Origin: Patescibacteria group bacterium
Lineage (GTDB): Bacteria; Patescibacteriota; Minisyncoccia; UBA6257; HR35
Direction of reading: 5' to 3'
NCBI GenBank assembly: GCA_036741875.1
Contig: DAINRM010000003.1
Span: forward strand, 6,683-70,682
Length of the DNA: 64,000 nucleotides
In this document: piece after piece, positions 1 to 9,542 of the stretch
How positions within the stretch are numbered: position 1 is the stretch's first letter
Layout: each line of letters starts with the position of its first letter
Made by a program: the position numbers and the translations under genes
The notes under the pieces: model-generated
Told to the model about the DNA's origin: nothing
Databases searched by the model: none
The model's input: only the letters and a program-made list of their open reading frames with translations

Positions 1-1468
<1,468 letters not shown>

Positions 1469-1579
1469 TTTAAGACATTTTAAAATTTTTAAGGCGACCT
1501 AATTTTCTAACTAATCAGGGTTTAAAAACCAAAAGAGAAAAGATTTTATACTATATGTATATTATAATTATAACATAAA

Positions 1580-1651
1580 GCCGGCGTAGCTCAGTGGCAG
1601 AGCGACCGCCTTGTAAGCGGTAGGTCGTGGGTTCAAATCCCACCGCCGGCT
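1580..1651 (+). tRNA. tRNA-Thr (anticodon TGT)
   Basis: Cloverleaf read by eye: acceptor GCCGGCG/CGCCGGC, D-arm GCTC..GAGC, anticodon stem ACCGC/GCGGT with loop CTTGTAA, T-arm GTGGG TTCAAAT CCCAC. GC-rich island in AT-rich DNA. Confidence 0.85.
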
Positions 1652-1658
1652 CAAATTT

Positions 1659-2298
1659 AATGAAAAAAGGTTTTACTTATATTGAGCTTACTTTAGTTCT
1701 TTTTCTTTTACTTGTTATTGGTGGTATAATTTTTTCTGTCATTAGAGTCAAAGAATATTTCTCTATATCAAGAGATTTAAAAAGAATAAACGATTTAGAG
1801 GTTTTGTTTAATGCTTTAAAATCTTACTCACAATCTACTTCAAAACCTGATTTAGATGGTCCCTATCTTGATTTTAGAGGTATTGATGAGGTTTGGGCAA
1901 CTATATTTATTTCTGTTCCTTTAGAATTAGAAACTTTTCCTACTTCAGCCTGCGTTTATGAAGAAAGAAGCTATGCTGTTTTTCAAGCCGATAAAAATAA
2001 TTATTTGAAAATTGATGGTAGGGGGTGGATACCTGTTGAGTTTAACAAAATTAATCCGCCTCCATTTTCTTCATTACCTGTTGATCCTTTAAATAAGTAT
2101 TCAAAAGGTTTTTACTATTTATATGCTTTTAGAAGAAATCCTCTGCAATTTGAAATTTCGGCTGCTTTAGAATCTCAAGATTTAAGATATGGAGGTAAAG
2201 GAGATAAAGTAAGTACTGATAACGGCAATGATTCTTATAGATTAGAAATAGGAACAAATTTGGATTTAATTCCTCCTTTTCCACCTCCATCTTTTTAG
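1659..2298 (+). CDS. Type IV pilin / pseudopilin-like protein with a prepilin (class III) signal peptide
   Basis: N-terminus MKKGFTYIELTLVLFLLLVIGG is a prepilin cleavage/N-methylation motif (G-F-T-x-I-E followed by a hydrophobic helix). The ORF-track start at 1627 overlaps the tRNA, so the true start is taken as the ATG at 1659. Confidence 0.6.
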
Positions 2299-2324
2299 TT
2301 TTTTGAATTAAAATAAATAAAAGT

Positions 2325-2414
2325 GGAGGGGTGCCGGAGTGGACTAACGGGACGGCCTGGAGAGCCGTGGCCCCCTTTCGGGGTCTCGTGGGTTCGAATC
2401 CCACCCCCTCCGCC
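2325..2414 (+). tRNA. tRNA-Ser (anticodon GGA), long variable arm
   Basis: Acceptor GGAGGGG/CCCCTCC, anticodon stem ACGGC/GCCGT with loop CTGGAGA, long variable arm GGCCCCCTTTCGGGGTC, T-arm GTGGG TTCGAAT CCCAC. Confidence 0.8.
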
Positions 2415-2424
2415 TTCAAAATTT

Positions 2425-4065
2425 TTATATTTTTATTTTTTTAAATAAAGGCTCTAAAGAAGTTATTTTTATTTTTTCTGCTTCTCTTAAATTTAAGAGA
2501 TATTTATCTTTTCCTATTTCGTAATTTATTTCTTCAAGTCCCATTCTTTTTCTTATCTCTGAGGAAAAATTTGGTAAAAAGGGATTTAAAAGATAAGTAA
2601 GATTAGAAATTAAAAGAAGGGAGTTGAAAATAATTTTTTTAGCAAATTCTCTTTCTTTTTTCCATGGTTCATTTTTTTCTAAATATTTATTTCCTTCTCT
2701 AACAAGATCTAAAATTAAATTAAATGATTTTGTTTCTTCTCCAAAGAAAATTATTTTTTTAACCTCATCATAAACATTTTTAATTTTTTCTATAATTTCA
2801 TTATCATATTCTTTTTTGTTTATTTCATTTCCAAGTTTTTCTTTATAAAAAGTAAAAACTCTTTGGAAAAAATTTCCTAAATTGTCGTTAAGTTCGTTAT
2901 TTATTTTCTCTTCAAAATCTTTCCATTTAAAATCAGAATCTTTATTTTCTGGGAAGATAGAAATTATGTAAAATCTTACATAGTCAGGACCGTATTTTTC
3001 TCCAAATTCTAAAGAATCAATAATAATACCTCTGCTTTTAGAAAATTTCTGTCCCTCAAGAAAAAGAAAATTGTTTACCCAAGGAAAATAAGGTAAATTG
3101 AAATTCATATGTTGTCCAAGAAGCTGACCGGGCCAAAAAAGAGTATGAAAACTAAGATTGTCCTTACCCATAAAGTAGTAATGAAAACAATTTTCATTTT
3201 GCCAAAACTCTCTAAAATCCCTATTATTTTTATTTGCCCATTCGACTGAAGCAGAAAAATAACCAATAACCGCCTCAAACCAAACATAAAAACGTTTATG
3301 CTTAAAAGATTCTAATTTCATTTCATCAGGAATTTCTTTTTCAGGAATTTCTATGCCCCAATCAAGATCTCTGGTAATAGCTCTGGGTTTTAAACCTTCT
3401 TTAAGCCAGGCAAGTGATTCTTCATAAACCCATTTTCGCCAATGCTTTTGTTCCTTAACATAACTTTCTATAAGAGGTTGAAGTTTAGCATAATCTAAAA
3501 AATAATGCTCTGTTTCTTTTAAGATAACATGTTTTTTAGTTAATTTACTTACAGGATTTATAAGTTCTCCAGGGTTTAAAACTTTTCCGCATTTTTCACA
3601 TTGATCTCCTCTTTGCTCTTCGCCTCCACAAAAAGAACATTTTCCTTCGACATATCTATCTGGTAAAAACCTATTTTCTTCTGGAGAAAAATACTGAAGT
3701 TGCTTAGCTTTAAAAATATAGCCATTTTTTAAAAGTCTTAAAAAAAATTCTTGAGTTATTTTTTTATGGTTTTCTGTAGTTGTAGAGGTAAAAATATCAA
3801 AAGTTAAGTTATAAAGTTTTAAAAGATAATGGATTTTAGGCGTATATTCACTGACAATATCTTCTGGCTTAACACCTCTTTTATCAGCTTCAACAGTAAT
3901 AGGGGTTCCGTGACAATCTGTTCCGGAAACCATAAGAGTTTCATAACCACATAAACGACAAAAGCGAGAAAAAATATCAGCAGGAAGAAGATAACCAGCT
4001 AAATGTCCTATATGCAAATCTCCGTTAACATATGGCCAAGCAGCACCTATAAAAATTTTTTGCAT
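2425..4065 (-). CDS. metG: Methionyl-tRNA synthetase
   Basis: N-terminal PYVNGDLHIGH (HIGH motif), a Zn-knuckle CSFCGGEE...CEKCGK, and KFSKSRG (KMSKS motif). Length 546 aa. Confidence 0.9.
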   Translation of the reverse strand: MQKIFIGAAWPYVNGDLHIGHLAGYLLPADIFSRFCRLCGYETLMVSGTDCHGTPITVEADKRGVKPEDIVSEYTPKIHYLLKLYNLTFDIFTSTTTENHKKITQEFFLRLLKNGYIFKAKQLQYFSPEENRFLPDRYVEGKCSFCGGEEQRGDQCEKCGKVLNPGELINPVSKLTKKHVILKETEHYFLDYAKLQPLIESYVKEQKHWRKWVYEESLAWLKEGLKPRAITRDLDWGIEIPEKEIPDEMKLESFKHKRFYVWFEAVIGYFSASVEWANKNNRDFREFWQNENCFHYYFMGKDNLSFHTLFWPGQLLGQHMNFNLPYFPWVNNFLFLEGQKFSKSRGIIIDSLEFGEKYGPDYVRFYIISIFPENKDSDFKWKDFEEKINNELNDNLGNFFQRVFTFYKEKLGNEINKKEYDNEIIEKIKNVYDEVKKIIFFGEETKSFNLILDLVREGNKYLEKNEPWKKEREFAKKIIFNSLLLISNLTYLLNPFLPNFSSEIRKRMGLEEINYEIGKDKYLLNLREAEKIKITSLEPLFKKIKI

Positions 4066-4083
4066 AAAAATTATTTTACCAAA

Positions 4084-5340
4084 CTAATCAGAAATTCTGT
4101 AAATTTCAGCTCCTACTTTTGTAAGTTTTTCTTCAATTTTTTCGTAACCTCTGTCAATTTTCTCCGCTTCATGAATAATTGTTTCTCCTTGAGCTACAAG
4201 ACCAGCAATAATTAAACTTATTCCTGATCTAATATCTAGGGACTTAACTTCTTTTCCATAAAGAGGTGTGGGACCAATAATAATAGCTCGATGGGGATCT
4301 AAAAGTTCTGTATTCGCACCCATAAGATTTAGTTCGTTCAAATAAGAAAATCTATTTTCATACATCCAATCATGAATTAAAGTAACACCTTCTGCTTGGG
4401 TAGCTAAAACTCCAAAGGGTGGTTGAGCATCAGTGGGAAATTTAGGATGATAACCAACCTGAATTTTTGTTCCTTTGAGTTTAGAAGGTTTAACAATAAT
4501 AGTTTTCTTTTTAATTTCAAAATTAACATTCATTTCTTTAGCTGTCAAAAAAACGGAATCTAAATCTTCTAAAGGAGCGTTTTCAATAGTAAGATGACTT
4601 CGAGTAGCTGAAGCTAAGGCTAAAAAGGTGGCTGTTTCGATGTAATCATAGGGAATTTCAAAAAATATTTCTTTTTTTATATTTTTACTTCGAGAAACAA
4701 TAACAAAATGTGTGCCTAAACCTTTAATCTTATACCCTAATTTTTGAATAAATTTTTCTAAGGAAATAACATGCGGTTCCAAAGCTAAAAGTTTAAGTCT
4801 GACAGGTTTAGGTGAAAAAACGCTTGCCATTAAAACAACTTCACTAGCTGTTACGCTTATCTCTTTCAAAATCACCTCAAAAGACTTAAATTTTTTAAAT
4901 TCACCTTCAATAATTCCATTTTTAATTTCAATTTCTGCTCCTAATGTTTTTAAAGCTTCAAGATGGGTTGTTATAGGCCTTGCTCCAATAATATCTCCAC
5001 CAGGAAGAGATATTTTTACTTTTCCAAAACGAAATAAAAGAGGTGCTAAAAGTAAAATAGAAGCTCTTAATTTAGAAACGAGAGGCGTTAAAAGATCGGT
5101 ATATTCTATATTTTTAGTATTTATGATCACCATTGAATCATCTCTTTCAATTTCTGCACCTAACATTTTTAAAATTTCAAGCATAACTTCAACATCGCTT
5201 ATCTGAGGAACATTTTTTAAGATCACTCTACCTGAAACCAAAAGAGAAGCAGAAATTAATGGAAGAGCAGCATTCTTGGAACCGCTAATTTTGATTTTAC
5301 CTTCAAGTTTTTTTCCTCCTTTTATTAAAAATTTAGCCAT
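4084..5340 (-). CDS. murA: UDP-N-acetylglucosamine 1-carboxyvinyltransferase
   Basis: MAKFLIKGGKKLEGKIKISGSKNAALPLISASLL is a typical MurA N-terminus. 418 aa. Confidence 0.9.
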   Translation of the reverse strand: MAKFLIKGGKKLEGKIKISGSKNAALPLISASLLVSGRVILKNVPQISDVEVMLEILKMLGAEIERDDSMVIINTKNIEYTDLLTPLVSKLRASILLLAPLLFRFGKVKISLPGGDIIGARPITTHLEALKTLGAEIEIKNGIIEGEFKKFKSFEVILKEISVTASEVVLMASVFSPKPVRLKLLALEPHVISLEKFIQKLGYKIKGLGTHFVIVSRSKNIKKEIFFEIPYDYIETATFLALASATRSHLTIENAPLEDLDSVFLTAKEMNVNFEIKKKTIIVKPSKLKGTKIQVGYHPKFPTDAQPPFGVLATQAEGVTLIHDWMYENRFSYLNELNLMGANTELLDPHRAIIIGPTPLYGKEVKSLDIRSGISLIIAGLVAQGETIIHEAEKIDRGYEKIEEKLTKVGAEIYRISD

Positions 5341-5341
5341 T

Positions 5342-6397
5342 TTACTTTAAAGATTTTAAAAAAAGATAAATTAAAAGACCTATTAAAACACCTACAGAAT
5401 TTAAAATCCAAAACCTAACAACAATTTTTGGTTCTTTCATTCCTATGGCTTTAAAATGATTATGGACAGGAGAGGAAAGAAAAATTTTTCTTTTAAAAAT
5501 CTTTTTAGAAAAAACTTGTAAAATTACTGAACCTGATTCTCCTACTAAAGTTATACCTATAAATGGCCAAAGAAGGTAAGTACCAGTAAGAAAAGAAATA
5601 ATAGCTAAAGATGAGCCTACCGAAAAAGAACCATTATTGCCATCAAAAAAAAGAGCTGGATAACTATTAAACCAAAGATAAAGCGTTAAAGAACCTAAAA
5701 GAGCCGCAAGGTATGAGGCTAAATTATATTTTTCTTCTAAAAATGAAACAAAAAGAAAAAATAAAATAATAGAAATAGCTGTGCCAGCAAAAAGTCCATC
5801 TAAACCATCTATTTCGTTAAAAGAAAGGGTTACAGCTAAAAAGATGAAAATAAAGATAAGAAAAAATAAAAAATATTCAATGTAAAATCTAAAATTTACT
5901 AATTCTATAAATTTATAATTAAGCTTTACTAAAAACCACCAAGCAAAAAAAATTCCTAAAGCAGAATAAATTAAAAGTTTTTCCTTAATACCTAATTTGA
6001 TTTTAAATCTTAATCTTCCTAAAATATCATCTAAAAGACCTAAAACACCTCCTAAAAACAAAGCAAAAATTGGAAGGTAAGTTTCTCTTCTTTCTAAAAA
6101 GTTAAGATATTCAAAAAAACCTCCAAATTTTATTTTAAAAAGATAAAAAAAGAGAGCTAATATAATAGGGGGAAGCCAAATAATTATTCCAGCAAGGGTT
6201 GGTATATTTTCCTTTTCTTTTAAAATGGTTGAAGCTATTGGTGCTCTTTTAATTCTTTCTTCATTGGCAAACTTATCACCTAATCTAAATTTAAAAGCTA
6301 ACTTAAGATAAAGAGGAACTAAAAGTAAAGAAAGAATAAAACTCAAAAGAGAATGGGTAATGATTTTAATAATTTGAAAATAAATTTCATAAGTCAT
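5342..6397 (-). CDS. mraY: Phospho-N-acetylmuramoyl-pentapeptide transferase
   Basis: Blocks NEIDGLDGLFAG, LWFNSYPALFFDG, SVILQVFSKKIFKRKIFLSSPVHNHFKAIGMKEPKIVVRFWI align to E. coli MraY (NLTDGLDGLA, LWFNTYPAQVFMGD, SVILQVGSFK...[22 protein letters not shown]). Confidence 0.85.
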   Translation of the reverse strand: MTYEIYFQIIKIITHSLLSFILSLLLVPLYLKLAFKFRLGDKFANEERIKRAPIASTILKEKENIPTLAGIIIWLPPIILALFFYLFKIKFGGFFEYLNFLERRETYLPIFALFLGGVLGLLDDILGRLRFKIKLGIKEKLLIYSALGIFFAWWFLVKLNYKFIELVNFRFYIEYFLFFLIFIFIFLAVTLSFNEIDGLDGLFAGTAISIILFFLFVSFLEEKYNLASYLAALLGSLTLYLWFNSYPALFFDGNNGSFSVGSSLAIISFLTGTYLLWPFIGITLVGESGSVILQVFSKKIFKRKIFLSSPVHNHFKAIGMKEPKIVVRFWILNSVGVLIGLLIYLFLKSLK

Positions 6398-7235
6398 AAT
6401 GATAATAGTTAGCTAAAGATTTAATGATAATTTCTGCATCTTTAAAACGATCTTGAGATTTAAAAAGAACAAGAGAAATAAAAGGAGATTCAGGAAATTT
6501 AATAATAAGTGCTAAATTTTCGCCAGACTCAGGAAGATAACCTGTTTTTCCTCCTACAATTATTTTAGAATATTTTCTTAAAAGAATGTTTGTTGTCCAA
6601 AGTCTTCTTCCATTAATATCTATATACTCTTTTCTACTTATTTCAAAAATTTCAGGTTTTTTTAAATAAAGTTTTAAAAGAATCTGAGAAAATTCATAAG
6701 GCGTTGATGAATTTTCTAAGGAAATACCGGTAGGTTCATAGATTTTAGTATTTTTAAATCCCCAGTTTTTTAAAGTATCATTAATTTTTTCAATAAAATT
6801 TTGAACTCCATAATATTCAGCTAAAAGATAAATAGAATCATTGCTTGAAGCAATTAGAGAAGCAGAAAGAAGTTCATTTAGAGTCAATTTTTCTCCTTTT
6901 TTAAAATTACCAACTTCCCCGGGTATTTCTAAAGCAGAAGATGTAAAAGAAAAAATTTCATTTTCCTTATAAACTTCTAAAGCAATGTAGGCGCTTAAAA
7001 GTTTTGTTAAAGAAGCTAAAGAAAAACTTTGATTTATATTTTTTTCATAGAGAATTTTCCCTGAATCATCCAAAATAATTAACCCTTCAGCAGAAACTTC
7101 ATCTTTTAAATTAAAAATTTTTTCGTCATTTTTTTTAAACTCTCTAACTTCAAAAAGCGGTGAAATTGTTTTTTCTGGAATTTTATTTGTCGAAAATAAA
7201 ATAGGGCTTATAAAAAAAAGCCAAATTATAAACAT
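6387..7235 (-). CDS. Serine-type D-alanyl-D-alanine carboxypeptidase (PBP5/DacA-like, low-molecular-weight PBP)
   Basis: SxxK motif (ASLTKLL) and SxN motif (ASSNDS) with an N-terminal signal/anchor. Sits within the cell-wall gene neighbourhood. Confidence 0.7.
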   Translation of the reverse strand: MFIIWLFFISPILFSTNKIPEKTISPLFEVREFKKNDEKIFNLKDEVSAEGLIILDDSGKILYEKNINQSFSLASLTKLLSAYIALEVYKENEIFSFTSSALEIPGEVGNFKKGEKLTLNELLSASLIASSNDSIYLLAEYYGVQNFIEKINDTLKNWGFKNTKIYEPTGISLENSSTPYEFSQILLKLYLKKPEIFEISRKEYIDINGRRLWTTNILLRKYSKIIVGGKTGYLPESGENLALIIKFPESPFISLVLFKSQDRFKDAEIIIKSLANYYHYDL

Positions 7236-7260
7236 TCTAAGTATATTTTATCTTGAAAAT

Positions 7261-7530
7261 TTAGCTTCTTGGAGTGTTAACTTTAATAGATAAGGCAGCA
7301 CCAACTGAAGCGCCGATAACCTTACCAATTCTTCTAACCGCATTTATTGTCGAACCTTTTCTTCCTATAATCATAGCTAAAACTTCTCTAGGACCAGTAA
7401 TTTCCATCAACACTCCTCTTTCATCAACTTTAAAGTTAAAAATAAGTTGATTTACTTTTGAAGAGTCGACCCAAAGAGAAAAAAGAGAACGAAATTTTTC
7501 TTCTAAAAGCTTGAGTTTTTCTGTTGACAT
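7261..7530 (-). CDS. KH-domain RNA-binding protein (KhpA/YlqC-like)
   Basis: 89 aa with IIGRKGSTINAVRRIGKVIGA (KH GxxG loop region). Confidence 0.6.
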   Translation of the reverse strand: MSTEKLKLLEEKFRSLFSLWVDSSKVNQLIFNFKVDERGVLMEITGPREVLAMIIGRKGSTINAVRRIGKVIGASVGAALSIKVNTPRS

Positions 7531-7585
7531 TTTTTTACCTGCTGGATTTCAGCAGTTTCTTCAAATTAATAGATGACCTTTAAGT

Positions 7586-7657
7586 AGCCGACGGCGGGAT
7601 TCGAACCCGCGACCCCCGCATTACCAGAGCGGTGCTCTGCCACTGAGCTACGCCGGC
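7586..7657 (-). tRNA. tRNA-Thr (anticodon GGT)
   Basis: Reverse complement gives GCCGGCG TA GCTC AGTGGCA GAGC A CCGCT CTGGTAA TGCGG ... GCGGG TTCGAAT CCCGC CGTCGGC with anticodon loop CTGGTAA. Confidence 0.8.
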
Positions 7658-7667
7658 GATAAATTAA

Positions 7668-7865
7668 TTATAAACTAAAATGGTGTTCTTTTAAAACTTT
7701 TAAAATCATTTCCGTTTCTTCCTCTTTATTTTTTAAAATTTTTTGCCAAAGTTCTTTACATTTTTTGCATTTACCAGCATCTTTTAAATAAAACTTTTTA
7801 ATTCTATATATGCTTCTTCGATCTTGAACTAATTGGCTGAAAAGATTATAAAGATGATTTTCCAT
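7668..7865 (-). CDS. Hypothetical small protein (65 aa)
   Basis: ORF only. Contains a CKKCKE motif. No recognisable family. Confidence 0.3.
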   Translation of the reverse strand: MENHLYNLFSQLVQDRRSIYRIKKFYLKDAGKCKKCKELWQKILKNKEEETEMILKVLKEHHFSL

Positions 7866-7901
7866 GGTTTTAATTTAAGAATAATTCGACCTGTTTTTAT
7901 T

Positions 7902-9542
7902 TTAACCTTTTTCTAAAAATTTTTTTAAACTTTCTGCTCTTTCTTTTACTTTTTCCTCTTCCCCTCTTCGAGCAAACTCGTATTCATTAAAATCTACAAA
8001 CAAATATTTTGAAATTAAAGGATAAATTCTTTTAATGATTCTTGCTTTTTCTTGTTCTACTTTTCTATAATCAGGATGACCTTGAGGAGTAGTTCTTAGT
8101 TCCACTTCCCAGAAAAATTCTCGAAGGTTTTGATACTGGATAAATCTAATTTTATGTAAAAACAAAACTGTATATTGAGAAACAAAGATATTAATTTTAC
8201 TTAATTTTTCATAAAGATTTTCAGAAAGCGAGATAATTTTTTCTGCTTCCTTTTCAAGACCTATTTCTTTATAAAAGTCTGGTATTTCAAAGCCTTCTTC
8301 AATACTAAAAATTTTATTTATGAGAGTTTGCATTCTATGTCTTTGTAAATCTCTCCAAGCTCCTATATTTGTTTTTATTTCAAATTTTAGATAAACAAGT
8401 TCTAAAGCTCTTGGCATTTTTTGCCAGCGATATTTTCTATCTTTTAAAATTTCTTCTAAAACTTCTTCTTTTTCTTGAAGAGAAAGCTTTCTCACTTTAC
8501 TTAAAACAAAATCAAAGGGTTCTTTAACTAAGGGATAAAGAAGACCAGCTAAAATTTTATTTTCACCATCTTCATCGTAGGCTAAAAGCTTTATATTTTC
8601 GTTTAGATCTATTTTTTCTTCTTTCCATTTAATTTTTTCTAAAACCTTAAGTAACCTTAAACTTCTTTCGCCTAAATACTTCTGATAATTTATTGATTCT
8701 TCTTTTTCTATCCTTCTTAAAAAAGCAGGTATAACTTTACTTAGCTCTTCATAAGCTCTTTTACCAGCCCATCTTATTTCTTCTAAGGGGTGAAATAAGG
8801 ATCTATTAATTAAATATTCAAAAGCCTGACCGTTTCCAAAAAAAGAAACTTGACCTAGAGTGGCAAGAGGAAGAATTCTTCTACATTCATCAAAAGTTTT
8901 TGCTTTTAAAACCCTTTCTTTTTCTTCAGGGTATTTTTCTATAAGATAATTAAAGTATTTTTCTTTTGAAGCAATATAAAAATCAAAAATAGCATTCATT
9001 ACTTTTTCATAATCATTTTTTAAACTAGCTTTTTCTACTTCTGGGGGTAAGAAGTAAAGATAATGATTATTTACTTTCTCACCAAAATCTACATATCTTG
9101 TTGATTTTTCTATGGGAGCTATACCAATTCTTTGATTTTCAAAATGTTTAATAGCTATTTGTGAAAGAGATGAAAAAACAAGATGAACACCAGCCATTTG
9201 AGATATGGAATCATCTCCGTACTCAGCTAACCATTTTATATAAAAATCTCGTGCTTTGGGATTAGCAAATAAAATTTCATAACCATAGCTATGAAGAAAA
9301 TCAATAAAATTTTTCCAAGCTCTTCCGTATTCTGATTCTAAAAATGGCTTAACAAATTCATTTAAAAAGACAACTCTTAAATCATCTTTGCTTCTTGAAG
9401 CTCGAGAAGATAAAGCTCCAACAACTTCAGGAGGAAGTAAAACAACTGAATAAACTGATTTATCTAAGTTAGTAAAAAAGGGCTCTAGGTAATATTTTTC
9501 TTCTTCAGTAAATTCAGGTTTTTTAAAAAGAATTTCTTCCAT
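7902..9542 (-). CDS. ThyX-like protein (FAD-dependent thymidylate synthase family), apparent tandem duplication of the ThyX fold in one 546-aa chain
   Basis: N-half contains SRASRS (ThyX ARVS-like), KHFENQRIGIAPIEKSTRY (degenerate RHR...SxRY) and CRRILPLATLGQVSFFGNGQAFEYLINRSLFHPLEEIRWAGKRAYEE (ThyX ARxxLPLAT...NxRSLxHF...EIR block). C-half contains AWRDLQRHRMQT (intact RHR) and NLREFFWEVELRTTPQGHPDYRKVEQE. Confidence 0.55.
   Translation of the reverse strand: MEEILFKKPEFTEEEKYYLEPFFTNLDKSVYSVVLLPPEVVGALSSRASRSKDDLRVVFLNEFVKPFLESEYGRAWKNFIDFLHSYGYEILFANPKARDFYIKWLAEYGDDSISQMAGVHLVFSSLSQIAIKHFENQRIGIAPIEKSTRYVDFGEKVNNHYLYFLPPEVEKASLKNDYEKVMNAIFDFYIASKEKYFNYLIEKYPEEKERVLKAKTFDECRRILPLATLGQVSFFGNGQAFEYLINRSLFHPLEEIRWAGKRAYEELSKVIPAFLRRIEKEESINYQKYLGERSLRLLKVLEKIKWKEEKIDLNENIKLLAYDEDGENKILAGLLYPLVKEPFDFVLSKVRKLSLQEKEEVLEEILKDRKYRWQKMPRALELVYLKFEIKTNIGAWRDLQRHRMQTLINKIFSIEEGFEIPDFYKEIGLEKEAEKIISLSENLYEKLSKINIFVSQYTVLFLHKIRFIQYQNLREFFWEVELRTTPQGHPDYRKVEQEKARIIKRIYPLISKYLFVDFNEYEFARRGEEEKVKERAESLKKFLEKG

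Noticed and set aside
2129-2419. 96-aa minus-strand ORF
   Set aside because: Overlaps the tRNA-Ser(GGA) gene and the 3' end of the pilin gene. Its GC-rich start is the tRNA read antisense.
3105-3287. Overlapping antisense ORFs in the ORF track: 3105-3287, 4003-4215, 13668-13898, 17236-17436, 18227-18451, 19163-19417, 20224-20409, 21488-21712, 24459-24701, 26750-26953, 35201-35467, 39009-39242, 43966-44277, 46959-47201, 48900-49115, 49738-49938, 51922-52113, 53444-53731, 55336-55854
   Set aside because: Each lies within a longer, well-supported gene on the opposite strand (or in another frame) and is low-complexity. These are typical shadow ORFs in AT-rich DNA.
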